NCBI GenBank assembly: GCA_040219085.1
Contig: JAVJTC010000020.1
Location: 208,317-272,316 of the forward strand
DNA length: 64,000 nt
Reading direction: 5' to 3'
From: Acidimicrobiales bacterium
GTDB taxonomy: Bacteria > Actinomycetota > Acidimicrobiia > Acidimicrobiales > JAVJTC01
The position numbers and the translations under genes were made by a program. The notes below the pieces were generated by a model. The model was not told the origin of the DNA. It did no database searches and worked only from the letters and a program-made list of their open reading frames with translations. Position 1 is the stretch's first letter, and each line of letters begins with the position of its first letter. Shown piece after piece: positions 10,292 through 20,844 of the stretch.

Positions 10292-10923
10292 CCGCAGTCC
10301 TTACGGAGGATGACGTGGACGTTTCCATCAGCAGCCGCCACACCCATGTGAGCAGTCGTCTCGACGAGTACACCCGCGACAAGATCGGTCGCCTCGACCG
10401 GTTCGTCGACGGTCTGGACCTCGCGGAGGTGCATTTCTCCGAGGAGCGCAACCCGCGCATCTCCGACAAGGAGGTGTGCGAGGTCACCTTGTCGGGCCAC
10501 GGTCACCATGTGCGGTGCAAGGTCGCCGCTCCGGATGCCTTCAGCGCCGTGGACATCGCCGTCGAGAAGCTCGAGCGCCAGCTCCGCAAGCTCAAGACGA
10601 AGCTCGTCAACCGCTGGCACCGAGGTGCCCCGGTTCAGCCGACCCAGCCGCCCATCGAGGTCGAGATGGAGCCGCTGGAGACCGCCGAGCCCCAGATCGT
10701 GCGTACCAAGTCGTTCACTCTGGACCCGATGACGCCCATCGAGGCCGTCCAGATGCTGGAGCTCGTCTCGCACGACTTCTACTTCTTCACCAATGCCCAG
10801 ACCGGCCGTGGGGCTGTCGTCTATCGGCGCCACGACGGCGACTACGGCCTCATCGACCACGCCGAGGACGAAGCGGACGAGAGCCTCGACGGCGATCGGG
10901 TGGGTAGCGGCGTCTCCGGCTGA
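10288..10923 (+). CDS. hpf: Ribosome hibernation promoting factor, long form
   Basis: RaiA/HPF N-domain (HVSSRLDEYTRDKIGRLDRF..EVTL..VRCKVAAPDAFSAVDIAVEKLERQLRKLK). C-terminal dimerisation domain (IVRTKSFTLDPMTPIEAVQMLELVSHDFYFFTN). Confidence 0.93.
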   Translation: MTAVLTEDDVDVSISSRHTHVSSRLDEYTRDKIGRLDRFVDGLDLAEVHFSEERNPRISDKEVCEVTLSGHGHHVRCKVAAPDAFSAVDIAVEKLERQLRKLKTKLVNRWHRGAPVQPTQPPIEVEMEPLETAEPQIVRTKSFTLDPMTPIEAVQMLELVSHDFYFFTNAQTGRGAVVYRRHDGDYGLIDHAEDEADESLDGDRVGSGVSG

Positions 10924-10935
10924 GACCGGGCGGTG

Positions 10936-10966
10936 GTGTCCGGGCGGACCCCTGCCCGGACACTTT
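10936..10966 (+). terminator. Stem-loop after hpf (GTGTCCGGGC-8 nt-GCCCGGACAC then TTTC)
   Basis: Perfect 10-bp GC-rich stem 13 nt after the hpf stop, followed by a short T run. Confidence 0.55.
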
Positions 10967-10994
10967 CGAGCGCGCCGGTAGACTGCGCGTCCAG

Positions 10995-13754
10995 ATGTCA
11001 GTCTTCAAGAAGATTCTCCGCACGGGCGAAGGTAAGAAGCTCAGGGCCCTCGAGGGCCTCGTGCCGCTCATCAACGACCTCGAGCCCGAAGTCACACCCC
11101 TCACCGACGCCGAACTGCGCGCCAAGACCGACGAGTTCCGCAACAGGCTCGCCGACGGCGAGGAGCTCGACGACATTCTCGTCGAGGCCTTCGCCGTCGT
11201 GCGCGAGGCCGCGACGCGTGTCCTCGGTCAGCGCCACTACGACGTCCAGCTGATGGGCGGTGCGGCCCTGCACTTCGGGTGGGTCGCCGAGATGAAGACG
11301 GGTGAGGGCAAGACCCTCGTGTCCACGCTGCCCGTGTATCTCAACGGTCTGTCCGGCAAGGGCGTCCACGTCGTCACGGTCAACGACTACCTGGCCGCGC
11401 GTGACGCCCAGTGGATGGGCGAGGTCCACCAGTTCCTCGGGCTGAGCGTCGGGATCATCGTGCCCGGCAACCGTGACCCCCAGTTCAAGCGGGAGCAGTA
11501 CACCTCCGACATCACCTACGGCACCAACAACGAACTCGGCTTCGACTATCTGCGCGACAACATGGCGCTCGCCCGTTCCCGACAGGTGCAGCGAGGCCAC
11601 AACTTCTGCATCGTCGACGAGATCGACTCGATCCTCATCGACGAGGCCCGGACCCCCCTGATCATCTCGGGGCGCCTGGCTGACGCCGCGCAGACCTACT
11701 ACACGTTCGCCTCCATCGTGCGTAGCCTCCAGCGTGACGTCCACTACGACGTCGACGAGGAGAAGCGCATCGTCGCGCCGGTGGAGGAGGGCATCCACGC
11801 CGTCGAGCGGGCGCTCGGCATCGAGAACCTCTACGACTCGGTCCAGTCCAACTACGTGCACCAACTCGGGGTCGCCCTCAAGGCCAAGGAGTTGTACAAG
11901 CGCGACAAGGACTACATCGTCACCAACGGCGAGGTGAAGATCGTCGACGAGTTCACGGGTCGCGTGCTCGAGGGTCGACGCTGGTCCGACGGGCTGCACC
12001 AGGCGGTGGAGGCCAAAGAGGGCGTCAAGATCAAAGACGAGAACCAGACGCTCGCCACGATCACCCTGCAGAACTACTTCCGTCTCTACGACAAGCTCGC
12101 CGGCATGACCGGTACGGCCGAGACCGAAGCGGCCGAGTTCCACGGCACCTACGGCCTGCACGTCGTGCCCATCCCGACCAACAGGCCGCTGGCGCGAGAT
12201 GACCGCGACGACGTCATCTACCGCAGCGAGGACTCCAAGTTCGACGCGGTCGCCGACGACCTCGCCGAGCGCTACGAGGTCGGCCAGCCCGTGCTGGTCG
12301 GAACGATCTCGGTGGAGAAGAGCGAGAAGCTCGGCCGCCTGCTCGACCAGCGCGGCATCCCCCATGAGGTCCTCAACGCGAAACAGCACGCCCGTGAGGC
12401 CGACATCGTCGCGCAGGCAGGTCGGCTCCACTCGGTGACGGTCGCCACGAACATGGCCGGACGCGGCGTCGACATCATCCTCGGCGGCAACCCCGAGGCG
12501 CTCGCCGGTCGCGATCTCACCGCCGAGGGCCTGGCCCCGGACAGCGAGGAGGGCCAGGCCCGACTCGCGGACCTGCTCGCGAAGTACGAGCCCGAATGCG
12601 AAGAGGAGGGCAAGGTCGTCCGCGAGCTCGGCGGCCTCTACGTGCTCGCCACCGAGCGGCACGACAGCCGCCGGATCGACAACCAGCTGCGTGGCCGGTC
12701 CGGCCGCCAGGGCGATCCGGGAGCGAGCCGCTTCTACATCTCGCTCGAGGACGAGCTGATGCGGATCTTCGCGACCGGTGCCATGAACTGGGTGATGGGT
12801 AAGTCCCTGCCCGACGACACGCCGATCGAGTCGAAGATGGTCACCAAGGCCGTGGAGCGGGCCCAGAACACCGTCGAGCAGAAGAACGCGGAGAGTCGCA
12901 AGCGCGTCCTCGAGTACGACGAGGTGATGAACGAGCAGCGCAAGGTCATCTACAAGCGCCGCGACCAGATCCTCGACGGCGCCAACCTGCGCGACGAGGC
13001 GCTCGAGTACCTCGCCGACGCCATCGATTCCACCATCCGGGCCTCGTGCATCTCCGAGAACGCCGAGGACTGGGATCTGGACACGCTCCTCGCTGAGGTC
13101 GCCAACCTCTGGCCGAGCGAACTCGACGTGGACGATCTCGTCGCAGCCGACTCCACGGACGAGATCTACGACGTCCTGATGGGTGAGGCGACGGCTGTCT
13201 ACGAAGCACGCGAGGGCGACATCGGCGAAGAGGCCATGCGGGCCATCGAGCGTCAGGTGATGTTGCGCATCATCGACCAGCGTTGGCGCGAGCACCTCTA
13301 CGAGATGGATTACCTCAAGGACGGCATCCATCTGCGGGCGATGGGCCAGAAGGATCCACTCACGGAGTGGCAGCGCGAAGGCTTCGAGATGTTCGGAGCG
13401 ATGATGGACAACATCGCGCGGGACTTCGTCACCTACGTGATGCGCGTCCAGGTCAAGATCGAAGAGAAGGCCACCGCCGAGTCCGACAGCGGCGACGCCG
13501 ACGGCACAGGCGACGCCACGGGCGTCACCGAGTCGGGTCCGGTGGAGCCCAGCCGGGCCCCCAGCACGGCCGCCAGGGCGACCGAACAGGCGGCCGCCCA
13601 GGTGGCCGAGGAGACCGGTCCCAAGCTCATCGAGGAGAACCAGCAGGCGTCGCACACGCCGGTGGTCAAGTCCGACTGGGACAAGACGCCGCGCAACGCG
13701 CCGTGTCCGTGCGGCTCGGGCAAGAAGTTCAAGCACTGCCACGGTGGCGGCTGA
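10995..13754 (+). CDS. secA: Preprotein translocase ATPase SecA
   Basis: Walker A MKTGEGKTLV, DEAD-like IVDEIDSILIDEARTPLIISG, C-terminal zinc motif CPCGSGKKFKHCHG. 919 aa. Confidence 0.98.
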   Translation: MSVFKKILRTGEGKKLRALEGLVPLINDLEPEVTPLTDAELRAKTDEFRNRLADGEELDDILVEAFAVVREAATRVLGQRHYDVQLMGGAALHFGWVAEMKTGEGKTLVSTLPVYLNGLSGKGVHVVTVNDYLAARDAQWMGEVHQFLGLSVGIIVPGNRDPQFKREQYTSDITYGTNNELGFDYLRDNMALARSRQVQRGHNFCIVDEIDSILIDEARTPLIISGRLADAAQTYYTFASIVRSLQRDVHYDVDEEKRIVAPVEEGIHAVERALGIENLYDSVQSNYVHQLGVALKAKELYKRDKDYIVTNGEVKIVDEFTGRVLEGRRWSDGLHQAVEAKEGVKIKDENQTLATITLQNYFRLYDKLAGMTGTAETEAAEFHGTYGLHVVPIPTNRPLARDDRDDVIYRSEDSKFDAVADDLAERYEVGQPVLVGTISVEKSEKLGRLLDQRGIPHEVLNAKQHAREADIVAQAGRLHSVTVATNMAGRGVDIILGGNPEALAGRDLTAEGLAPDSEEGQARLADLLAKYEPECEEEGKVVRELGGLYVLATERHDSRRIDNQLRGRSGRQGDPGASRFYISLEDELMRIFATGAMNWVMGKSLPDDTPIESKMVTKAVERAQNTVEQKNAESRKRVLEYDEVMNEQRKVIYKRRDQILDGANLRDEALEYLADAIDSTIRASCISENAEDWDLDTLLAEVANLWPSELDVDDLVAADSTDEIYDVLMGEATAVYEAREGDIGEEAMRAIERQVMLRIIDQRWREHLYEMDYLKDGIHLRAMGQKDPLTEWQREGFEMFGAMMDNIARDFVTYVMRVQVKIEEKATAESDSGDADGTGDATGVTESGPVEPSRAPSTAARATEQAAAQVAEETGPKLIEENQQASHTPVVKSDWDKTPRNAPCPCGSGKKFKHCHGGG

Positions 13755-13756
13755 GG

Positions 13757-14857
13757 GTGACGCTCGCTGAGCACAGCGCCACCGTCACCGACCTGCGGCG
13801 ACGCCTCAGCGACGCCAACCGGTACCTGCGGATCGACGAGTTGCGCGAACGCCAGCCCGAGTTGGCCGAGGAGGCCGCCCGCCCCGATCTCTGGGACGAC
13901 GCGGACGAGGCCCGACGGGTCACCACCGAGCTGTCGGTGATCACCGAGGACGTCGAACTCCACGACGACCTGGAAGCACGCATCGACGACGTCGCCATGC
14001 TGCTCGAGCTCGGGCTCGAGGAGGGCGACGAATCGGTCGAGGCTGAGATCTCCCAGGCGGTCCGCGCGCTGTCGGAGGTCCTCGACGCCCTCGAGCTGCG
14101 GGCGCTGTTCTCCGGCGAGCACGACGAGCACGACGCCGTGTGCCACATCCAGTCCGGTGAGGGCGGCACCGACGCCCAGGACTGGGCCGAGATGCTGTTG
14201 CGCATGTACCTGCGTTGGGCCGAACGCCGGGGCTTCACCGTGGAACTCGACGCCGTTCAGGCCGGTACCGAGGCGGGTATCTCCTCCGCGGAGTTCATCG
14301 TCAGGGGCCGCCACGCCTACGGCCTCCTGCAGTCCGAGCACGGGGTCCACCGGCTCGTGCGCATGTCGCCGTTCAACAAGGACGCCAAACGCCAGACAGC
14401 GTTCGCGTCGATGCAGGTCGTGCCGTTCTTCGAGGACCTTTCCAACGAGATCGACATCGACGAGACCGAGCTTCGGATCGACACCTACAGGTCATCGGGC
14501 GCCGGGGGCCAGCACGTCAACGTGACGGACTCGGCGGTGCGCATCACCCATCTCCCGACGGGGATCGTCGTGTCGTGCCAGAACGAGCGCAGCCAGCATC
14601 AGAACAAGGACCGGGCGATGCAGATGCTGGCATCCAAGCTCCTCGACCTGGAGCGCAAGAAGCGTGACGACGAGATCGCCGAGATCGCCGGCGAGTCCAA
14701 GCGCGTCGGATTCGGAAGCCAGATCCGGTCCTATGTCCTGCAGCCGTACCAGATGGTCAAGGACCTGCGGACCGAGTACGAGACCGGCAACGTCGACGCC
14801 GTTCTCGACGGTGACATCGAGGACTTCCTGGAAGCCTGGTTGCGCTGGCGGGGCTGA
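13757..14857 (+). CDS. prfB: Peptide chain release factor 2 (single uninterrupted frame)
   Basis: SPF tripeptide (RMSPFNKD) and GGQ (SSGAGGQHVNVTDSAVRITHLPTG). GTG at 13757 lies 2 nt after the secA stop. 366 aa. Confidence 0.95.
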   Translation: MTLAEHSATVTDLRRRLSDANRYLRIDELRERQPELAEEAARPDLWDDADEARRVTTELSVITEDVELHDDLEARIDDVAMLLELGLEEGDESVEAEISQAVRALSEVLDALELRALFSGEHDEHDAVCHIQSGEGGTDAQDWAEMLLRMYLRWAERRGFTVELDAVQAGTEAGISSAEFIVRGRHAYGLLQSEHGVHRLVRMSPFNKDAKRQTAFASMQVVPFFEDLSNEIDIDETELRIDTYRSSGAGGQHVNVTDSAVRITHLPTGIVVSCQNERSQHQNKDRAMQMLASKLLDLERKKRDDEIAEIAGESKRVGFGSQIRSYVLQPYQMVKDLRTEYETGNVDAVLDGDIEDFLEAWLRWRG

Positions 14858-14984
14858 GCGCGGTGGGCCGTGGGGATGACACAGAACGCCGGGATGCCCC
14901 TGATACTGTGAGCCCGCTCCCACCGTCGGCCACCTGGTTCCGCCGGAGGGAAACCGCATCTCTCAGAGGCCTCATCGACGCGCC

Positions 14985-15662
14985 ATGATCAAGCTCGACA
15001 ACGTCACGAAGGTGTACAAGGGCGAGGTCCTCGCCCTCCACCAGATCAGTTGTGAGATCGGCAAGGGCGAGTTCGTGTTCCTCGTCGGTCCCTCGGGTTC
15101 GGGGAAGTCGACGTTCATCCGCCTCCTGAACAAGGAGGAGACGCCCGACGCGGGTGCGATCTTCGTCGCCGGCAAGGACATCGGTGCGCTGTCGCGGATG
15201 AAGGTGCCCTATCTGCGCCGCAACATCGGGTGCATCTTCCAGGACTTCAAGTTGCTCCCCAACAAGACGGTCGCGCAGAACGTCGCCTTCGCGCTCGAGG
15301 TCATCGGTCGGCCCAAGCACGTGATCCGCAGTCAGGTGCCGGCGATCCTCGAGCTGGTCGGCCTGACGAAGAAGACGAACAACTACCCCGACGAGCTCTC
15401 CGGCGGTGAACAGCAGCGGGTCTCGATCGCCCGTGCCTTCGTGAACCGGCCCCTGATCCTGCTCGCGGACGAGCCGACGGGGAACCTCGACCCGGCGACG
15501 TCGGTGGGGATCATGCGCCTGCTGGACCGCATCAACAAGACGGGGACCACCGTCGTGATGGCGACCCACGACCGTGGCATCGTCGACACCATGCGGCGCA
15601 GGGTCATCGAGTTGGACCGCGGTGCGCTCGTGCGCGATCAGGCACGCGGGGTCTACGAGTAG
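14985..15662 (+). CDS. ftsE: Cell-division ABC ATPase FtsE
   Basis: Walker [10 protein letters not shown], signature [14 protein letters not shown], Walker [14 protein letters not shown]. Directly upstream of ftsX. Confidence 0.95.
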   Translation: MIKLDNVTKVYKGEVLALHQISCEIGKGEFVFLVGPSGSGKSTFIRLLNKEETPDAGAIFVAGKDIGALSRMKVPYLRRNIGCIFQDFKLLPNKTVAQNVAFALEVIGRPKHVIRSQVPAILELVGLTKKTNNYPDELSGGEQQRVSIARAFVNRPLILLADEPTGNLDPATSVGIMRLLDRINKTGTTVVMATHDRGIVDTMRRRVIELDRGALVRDQARGVYE

Positions 15663-15664
15663 CC

Positions 15665-16552
15665 ATGCGACTCACCTACGTCTTCCGTGAGACCGGCGGG
15701 AACCTCCGCCGGAACTTCACCCTCTTCCTCGCCACCGTCGTCGCGGTGTGGATCTCCCTCGCCTTGTTCGGTTCGTCGCTGCTGGTGCGCGACGGGGTGG
15801 ACCAGGCGACGGGTCGTTGGCGTGACGGCGTCGAGTTCATCGTCTTCATGAACGTCGAGGCCGATCCCACCCAGCACGAGGCGATGGTCCAGTCCCTCGA
15901 CGAGAACCCCGAGGTGCAGAGCTGGTTCTTCGTCGATCAGGACGCGACGTTCATCGAGTTCCAGGACGAGTTCGCCGACAGTCCCGAACTGCTCGAATCG
16001 ATACAGCCGGGTGACCTGCCGCCCTCGTACCGCGTGCGGCCGACGTCGACCGACGCCGACGTGGTCGAATCGCTCGTCTCCCAGTTCGACCTCAAGCCGG
16101 GCGTGCGGGAAGTGGTGGCGTCCACGGAGATCATCAGGTCCCTCGAGGACACGTCACGGGACTTCTCCCTGTTGATGCTCGTGGCGTCGATCATCGTGCT
16201 CGTCGCGTCGGTGCTGTTGATCTTCAACACGATCCGGACGGCCATCTTCGCCCGCCGCCGTGACATCGAGGTCATGAAGCTCGTCGGCGCGTCCAACTGG
16301 TACATCCGCGTCCCGTTCATGGTGGAGGGGACCGTCCAGGGGCTCGTGGGCGCGGCCGCGGCCATCCCGGTCCTGTTCGTCGTCAACAATCTCTTCGAGG
16401 GTTTCGTCCGCAACGACGAACTGGCGCTGCTGCGGGACTTCGCGCTCGAGAGTTCCGTCGTCTGGGAGAAGGCGTACATCGTCTTGTTGCTCGGAGGTCT
16501 GATCGGCGCGGTCGGGTCTGCGTTCGCCGTCGGCCGCTTCCTGGACGTCTGA
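15665..16552 (+). CDS. ftsX: Cell-division permease-like protein FtsX
   Basis: 295 aa. One N-terminal TM helix, a ~110-aa extracytoplasmic domain, then three C-terminal TM helices. Begins 2 nt after ftsE. Confidence 0.9.
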   Translation: MRLTYVFRETGGNLRRNFTLFLATVVAVWISLALFGSSLLVRDGVDQATGRWRDGVEFIVFMNVEADPTQHEAMVQSLDENPEVQSWFFVDQDATFIEFQDEFADSPELLESIQPGDLPPSYRVRPTSTDADVVESLVSQFDLKPGVREVVASTEIIRSLEDTSRDFSLLMLVASIIVLVASVLLIFNTIRTAIFARRRDIEVMKLVGASNWYIRVPFMVEGTVQGLVGAAAAIPVLFVVNNLFEGFVRNDELALLRDFALESSVVWEKAYIVLLLGGLIGAVGSAFAVGRFLDV

Positions 16553-16555
16553 GTC

Positions 16556-16951
16556 GTGCGGACGTTCAGCGCCGCCCTTCTCCTCGCTCTCCTCGCTCTT
16601 GTGGCCACGGGCTGTTTCGGCGGTGGTGGCGACGACGACCTGTTCCCCGACGTCGTGTCGGCGACCCTCGTGCCCGGGGGCGGTGACTCGTTCACGGCGA
16701 CCGTGACGATCTCCTCGCCCTACGACTCGGACTCGCGCTATGCGGACGGATGGCGGATCCTCGGACCCGACGACGAGGTCATCATCGAGACGGAGTTGGC
16801 CCACGACCACGCGGACGAACAGCCCTTCACCCGCTCATCGGGCGGATTCGTGATCCCCGACGACATCACCGAGGTCACGTTCCAGGGCCGCGACATCGAA
16901 AGTGGCTGGGGCGGCGGGACCCTCACGGTGCCGGTTCCGGGACGCAACTGA
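16556..16951 (+). CDS. Small lipoprotein of unknown function
   Basis: Signal peptide with lipobox LVATGC. 131 aa. GTG start lies 3 nt after the ftsX stop. Confidence 0.7.
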   Translation: MRTFSAALLLALLALVATGCFGGGGDDDLFPDVVSATLVPGGGDSFTATVTISSPYDSDSRYADGWRILGPDDEVIIETELAHDHADEQPFTRSSGGFVIPDDITEVTFQGRDIESGWGGGTLTVPVPGRN

Positions 16952-17013
16952 GCGTTCGAGAGGCGCGCGCTAGCCTCGCACCAGAGACGGACACGACGGC
17001 GAAGGGACGGACG

Positions 17014-18099
17014 ATGCCACACGAGGTACGCGGGGTGATCGCGAGGGCCAAGGGCGCCCCGGTCGGGATCGAGACGATCGTCGTGCCCGACCCCGGCCCG
17101 GGCGAAGTGGTCGTCGATATCCAGGCATGCGGTGTCTGCCACACGGACCTCCACTACCGCGAGGGCGGCATCAACGACGAGTTCCCGTTCCTGTTGGGGC
17201 ACGAGGCCGCCGGGCTCGTCGCCGAGGTCGGTGAGGGCGTGAGCGAGGTCGCCGTCGGGGACTTCGTGATCCTCAACTGGCGGGCGGTGTGCGGTGAGTG
17301 CCGGTCGTGTCGCCGTGGCCGCCCGTGGCTGTGCTTCGCCACTCACAACGCCGCTCAGGCGATGACCCTGACCGACGGCACGCCGTTGTCCCCGGCGCTG
17401 GGGATCGGGGCCTTCGCAGAGAAGACCCTCGTCGCCGCGGGCCAGGCCACCAAGGTGGACCCCGCAGCGAAGCCCGAGGCCGCCGGACTGCTGGGCTGTG
17501 GAGTGATGGCCGGGCTCGGCGCGGCGATGAACACCGGCGAAGTCGGCCGGGGTGATTCCGTCGCCGTCTTCGGCTGCGGAGGAGTGGGCGACGCAGCGAT
17601 CGAAGGTGCGCGCCTCGCGGGTGCGTCGACCATCATCGCCGTCGACATCGACGACGGAAAGCTCGAGTGGGCGAGGAACTTCGGCGCGACCCACACCGTC
17701 AACTCCTCGGCGACCGACCCGGTCGAGGCGATCCGGGCTCTCACCGGGGGCAACGGTGTGGACGTCGCGATCGAGGCCATCGGACTCCCGGAGACCTACA
17801 AGCAGGCCTTCGAGGCCCGTGATCTGGCCGGCACCGTCGTGCTGGTGGGTGTACCCCGACCGGACATGACGCTCGAGTTGCCGTTCCTCGACGTGTTCGG
17901 CCGGGGAGGCGCACTCAAGTCGTCGTGGTACGGCGACTGTCTGCCGGCCCGTGACTTCCCCATGCTCATCGACCTCTACCTGCAGGGGCGGTTGAACCTC
18001 GACGGGTTCGTGTCCGAGACCATCTCCCTCGAGGACGTCGAGGAGGCCTTCCACAAGATGGAACGGGGCGAGGTCCTGCGGTCGGTCGTGGTCCTGTGA
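17014..18099 (+). CDS. Zn-dependent class III alcohol dehydrogenase, S-(hydroxymethyl)mycothiol dehydrogenase-like
   Basis: [19 protein letters not shown], structural-zinc [18 protein letters not shown] motif VFGCGGVGD. The listed ORF start at 16750 is an upstream extension; I chose the ATG at 17014. Confidence 0.88.
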   Translation: MPHEVRGVIARAKGAPVGIETIVVPDPGPGEVVVDIQACGVCHTDLHYREGGINDEFPFLLGHEAAGLVAEVGEGVSEVAVGDFVILNWRAVCGECRSCRRGRPWLCFATHNAAQAMTLTDGTPLSPALGIGAFAEKTLVAAGQATKVDPAAKPEAAGLLGCGVMAGLGAAMNTGEVGRGDSVAVFGCGGVGDAAIEGARLAGASTIIAVDIDDGKLEWARNFGATHTVNSSATDPVEAIRALTGGNGVDVAIEAIGLPETYKQAFEARDLAGTVVLVGVPRPDMTLELPFLDVFGRGGALKSSWYGDCLPARDFPMLIDLYLQGRLNLDGFVSETISLEDVEEAFHKMERGEVLRSVVVL

Positions 18100-18713
18100 T
18101 CGGCCACGTCGTCACATCCGGGGTCTTCTCACTGGACGGGCAGGACTTCGACGTCACCAACAACATCTGGGTCGTCGGCGACGACCGCGATGTCATCGTC
18201 GTCGATGCCGCCCACGACCACCGTCCGATTCTCGAAGCGATCGGGGGGCGCAACCTCGTCGCGATCGTCTGCACCCATGCCCACAACGACCACATCAACG
18301 CGGCCGCAGAGCTCGCCGAGGCCGCGGACGCGCCCATCTGGTTGCATCCGGACGACACGATGCTGTGGGAGGCCGTGTATCCCGACCGCAGGGTGGACGC
18401 GTCGCTCGCCGACGGGCAGACACTCACTGTGGGCACTGCGAACCTGCGGGTGATCCACACGCCCGGCCACTCACCGGGCGGTGTGTGTCTCCACATGCCC
18501 TCCGAGAGCGTCGTCTTCTCCGGGGACACGCTCTTCAACGGGGGTCCGGGAGCCACCGGGCGCTCGTTCTCCGACCGTGGTCAGATCATCGAGTCGATCG
18601 AGGCGAGACTGCTGACGCTTCCCCCGGACACCCTCGTGCACACCGGGCACGGCGACTCGACGAGGATCGGCGACGAGGCCGCCCACCTCGACGAATGGAA
18701 AGCCGAGGGCTGA
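18096..18713 (+). CDS. MBL-fold metallo-hydrolase (candidate S-formylmycothiol hydrolase partner)
   Basis: HAHNDH metal motif and downstream [12 protein letters not shown] overlap with the dehydrogenase. Confidence 0.85.
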   Translation: MIGHVVTSGVFSLDGQDFDVTNNIWVVGDDRDVIVVDAAHDHRPILEAIGGRNLVAIVCTHAHNDHINAAAELAEAADAPIWLHPDDTMLWEAVYPDRRVDASLADGQTLTVGTANLRVIHTPGHSPGGVCLHMPSESVVFSGDTLFNGGPGATGRSFSDRGQIIESIEARLLTLPPDTLVHTGHGDSTRIGDEAAHLDEWKAEG

Positions 18714-18721
18714 GGGTCGAC

Positions 18722-19090
18722 TCAGGCCCCACCCGACAGCGGGAGGTCGACGACGATCTCGCCGTCGACTTCTCTGCATGGGAACACGTCGACGTCGCCC
18801 TTGCGGTCCCGCCTTCCGTTCATCGCGACCTTCCACCCGTCCCCGTCGGGTCCGAAGCGCCACAGGTGGGTGAGACAGACCAGTTCCTCGCCGTCGACGA
18901 CACCTTCGCCACCGAGGTGACTCCACTGGTGCGGGCAGCGGGCCTCCATCACGCAGGGTCGCCCCGACGCGCTTCTCCACACGACGAGGTCGAGGCCGTC
19001 CGCGGAGGCTTCGACTATCTGACCCGGCTCGAGGCGGGTGGCGTCGGCGACGGCGAGCTCGCGTGTGGGAGGGGTGTCGGGGGTGTCCAC
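18722..19090 (-). CDS. Small Rieske [2Fe-2S] domain protein
   Basis: CPH-x17-CLTH (ARCPHQWSHL..ELVCLTHLWRF). GTG at 19090 chosen; the listed ORF extends to 19315 with an implausible N-terminus. Confidence 0.75.
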   Translation of the reverse strand: MDTPDTPPTRELAVADATRLEPGQIVEASADGLDLVVWRSASGRPCVMEARCPHQWSHLGGEGVVDGEELVCLTHLWRFGPDGDGWKVAMNGRRDRKGDVDVFPCREVDGEIVVDLPLSGGA

Positions 19091-19109
19091 GACGTGGGAG
19101 TCTAGGGAC

Positions 19110-20843
19110 GTGGCCGCATCCCACGACCTGGTGATCCGCAACGCGACGATCGTCGACGGGTCGGGCGCGCCGGCCTTCCAGGGGCACATCGCCGTCGACG
19201 GCGAGATGATCACGACCGTCGCCGCCCATGGCGGAGGCGACGATCCCGGCCGCGGGCACCGCGAGATCGACGCGGACGGACGCCTGGTCACACCGGGGTT
19301 CGTGGACATCCACACCCACTACGACGCACAGGCCACCTGGGATCCCGAGCTCACCCCGTCAGGCTGGCACGGTGTGACGACCGTCGTGATGGGCAACTGC
19401 GGCGTCGGTTTCGCACCGGTCGAGCCGCACCGTCGGGACTGGCTGATCGGGCTCATGGAGGGCGTCGAGGACATCCCCGGCGCGGCGATGCACGATGGGA
19501 TCCGCTGGGAGTGGGAGACGTTCGAGGAGTACCTCGACGCTCTCGACGCGCGTCGCTGGGTCGCCGACGTCGGCACTCAGGTCCCCCATGGCGCGCTGCG
19601 CGCCTACGTGATGGGGGAGCGGGGGGCGGCGAACGAGGCGGCCACGCCGGGGGACATCGCGACGATGGCCGAGCTGACGCAGCGGGCTCTGCGGGCCGGC
19701 GCCCTCGGGTTCTCGACCTCACGGACTCCGTTGCACAAGGCCGCTGACGGCGAGTTCGTGCCCGGGACGTTCGCCGCGCCTGAGGAGCTGCTGGCGATCG
19801 GCGGCGCGATCAGTGCGGCGGGCCACGGCGTGTTCCAGGCCGCACTGCACCACCCCGACGCGCCCGGCGCCTTCGAGTGGATGACCGAGCTGGCGCGCCG
19901 GTCGGGGGCACGCGTCACGTTCAACCTGAACCAGCCCGATGACGCCCCGGACCTGTGGCGAACCGACCTCGATCTCATCGAGCGGGCGGTCGCCTCGGGT
20001 GCCGACGTGCGCGCGCAGGTCGCCGGTCGGCCCGTCGGGATCCTGATGGCATGGGACGCGACGGCCAATCCGTTCGCCCTGCGACCTTCGTGGGGGGAGG
20101 TCGCCTCGCTCGCCCCCGTCGACCGGCGGGCAAAGCTCGCCGACCCGACCTACCGTCGGCGGCTGATCGACGAGACCCCGGTGGACCTCGGCGAGTTCCT
20201 GGCCTTCATCACGTCGAGCTGGTCGAAGATGTGGATCGTCACCGATGGCTTCGACTACGAGCCCGACCCGTCGGGCACCGTGGCGGCGATCGCCGAAGAG
20301 CAGCGACGGCCACCGGCGGAGGTGGCCTACGACGCGCTGTGTGCCGACGACGGCCGGGGCCAGCTGTGGTTCCCGTTGTTCAACTACAGCCAGGAGAATC
20401 TCGACGTCCTCCACGATCTGCACCGCCACGACCTCACGATCATGGGACTCGCCGACGCCGGGGCTCACTGCGCGACGATCTGCGACGGTTCCATGCCGAC
20501 CTTCATGATGTCCTTCTGGGCACGCGACCGACGGCGAGGTCCCACGCTCCCATTGGAGAGGGTCGTGCACCGCCAGACGCGTGCCACGGCGCTGCACTAC
20601 GGCCTTGCCGACCGGGGCCTCCTCGCCGCCGGCATGAGAGCCGATCTCAACGTGATCGACGCCGACCGGATCGCGATCGGACCGGCCGAGTTGGTCTACG
20701 ACCTGCCGACCGGCGCGCCGCGCTACCTCCAGGGCGCTCAGGGATACGGGGCCACGGTGTGTCGGGGCGAGGTCGTCGCCGAAGCGGATCAGGCGACCGG
20801 TGCCACTCCCGGTCGGCTCGTGCGGGGACCGCAGTCGCCCTGA
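19110..20843 (+). CDS. N-acyl-D-amino-acid deacylase (D-aminoacylase) family amidohydrolase
   Basis: DLVIRNATIVDGSG..IAVDGEMI..DADGRLVTPGFVDIHTHYD N-terminal signature. Start uncertain (GTG 19110 chosen). Confidence 0.82.
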   Translation: MAASHDLVIRNATIVDGSGAPAFQGHIAVDGEMITTVAAHGGGDDPGRGHREIDADGRLVTPGFVDIHTHYDAQATWDPELTPSGWHGVTTVVMGNCGVGFAPVEPHRRDWLIGLMEGVEDIPGAAMHDGIRWEWETFEEYLDALDARRWVADVGTQVPHGALRAYVMGERGAANEAATPGDIATMAELTQRALRAGALGFSTSRTPLHKAADGEFVPGTFAAPEELLAIGGAISAAGHGVFQAALHHPDAPGAFEWMTELARRSGARVTFNLNQPDDAPDLWRTDLDLIERAVASGADVRAQVAGRPVGILMAWDATANPFALRPSWGEVASLAPVDRRAKLADPTYRRRLIDETPVDLGEFLAFITSSWSKMWIVTDGFDYEPDPSGTVAAIAEEQRRPPAEVAYDALCADDGRGQLWFPLFNYSQENLDVLHDLHRHDLTIMGLADAGAHCATICDGSMPTFMMSFWARDRRRGPTLPLERVVHRQTRATALHYGLADRGLLAAGMRADLNVIDADRIAIGPAELVYDLPTGAPRYLQGAQGYGATVCRGEVVAEADQATGATPGRLVRGPQSP

Positions 20844-20844
20844 G

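Noticed and set aside
13757-14857. Programmed +1 frameshift in prfB.
   Set aside because: The complete RF2 sequence is read in one frame from GTG 13757, from the N-terminal helical domain through SPF and GGQ. There is no in-frame TGA near codon 25.
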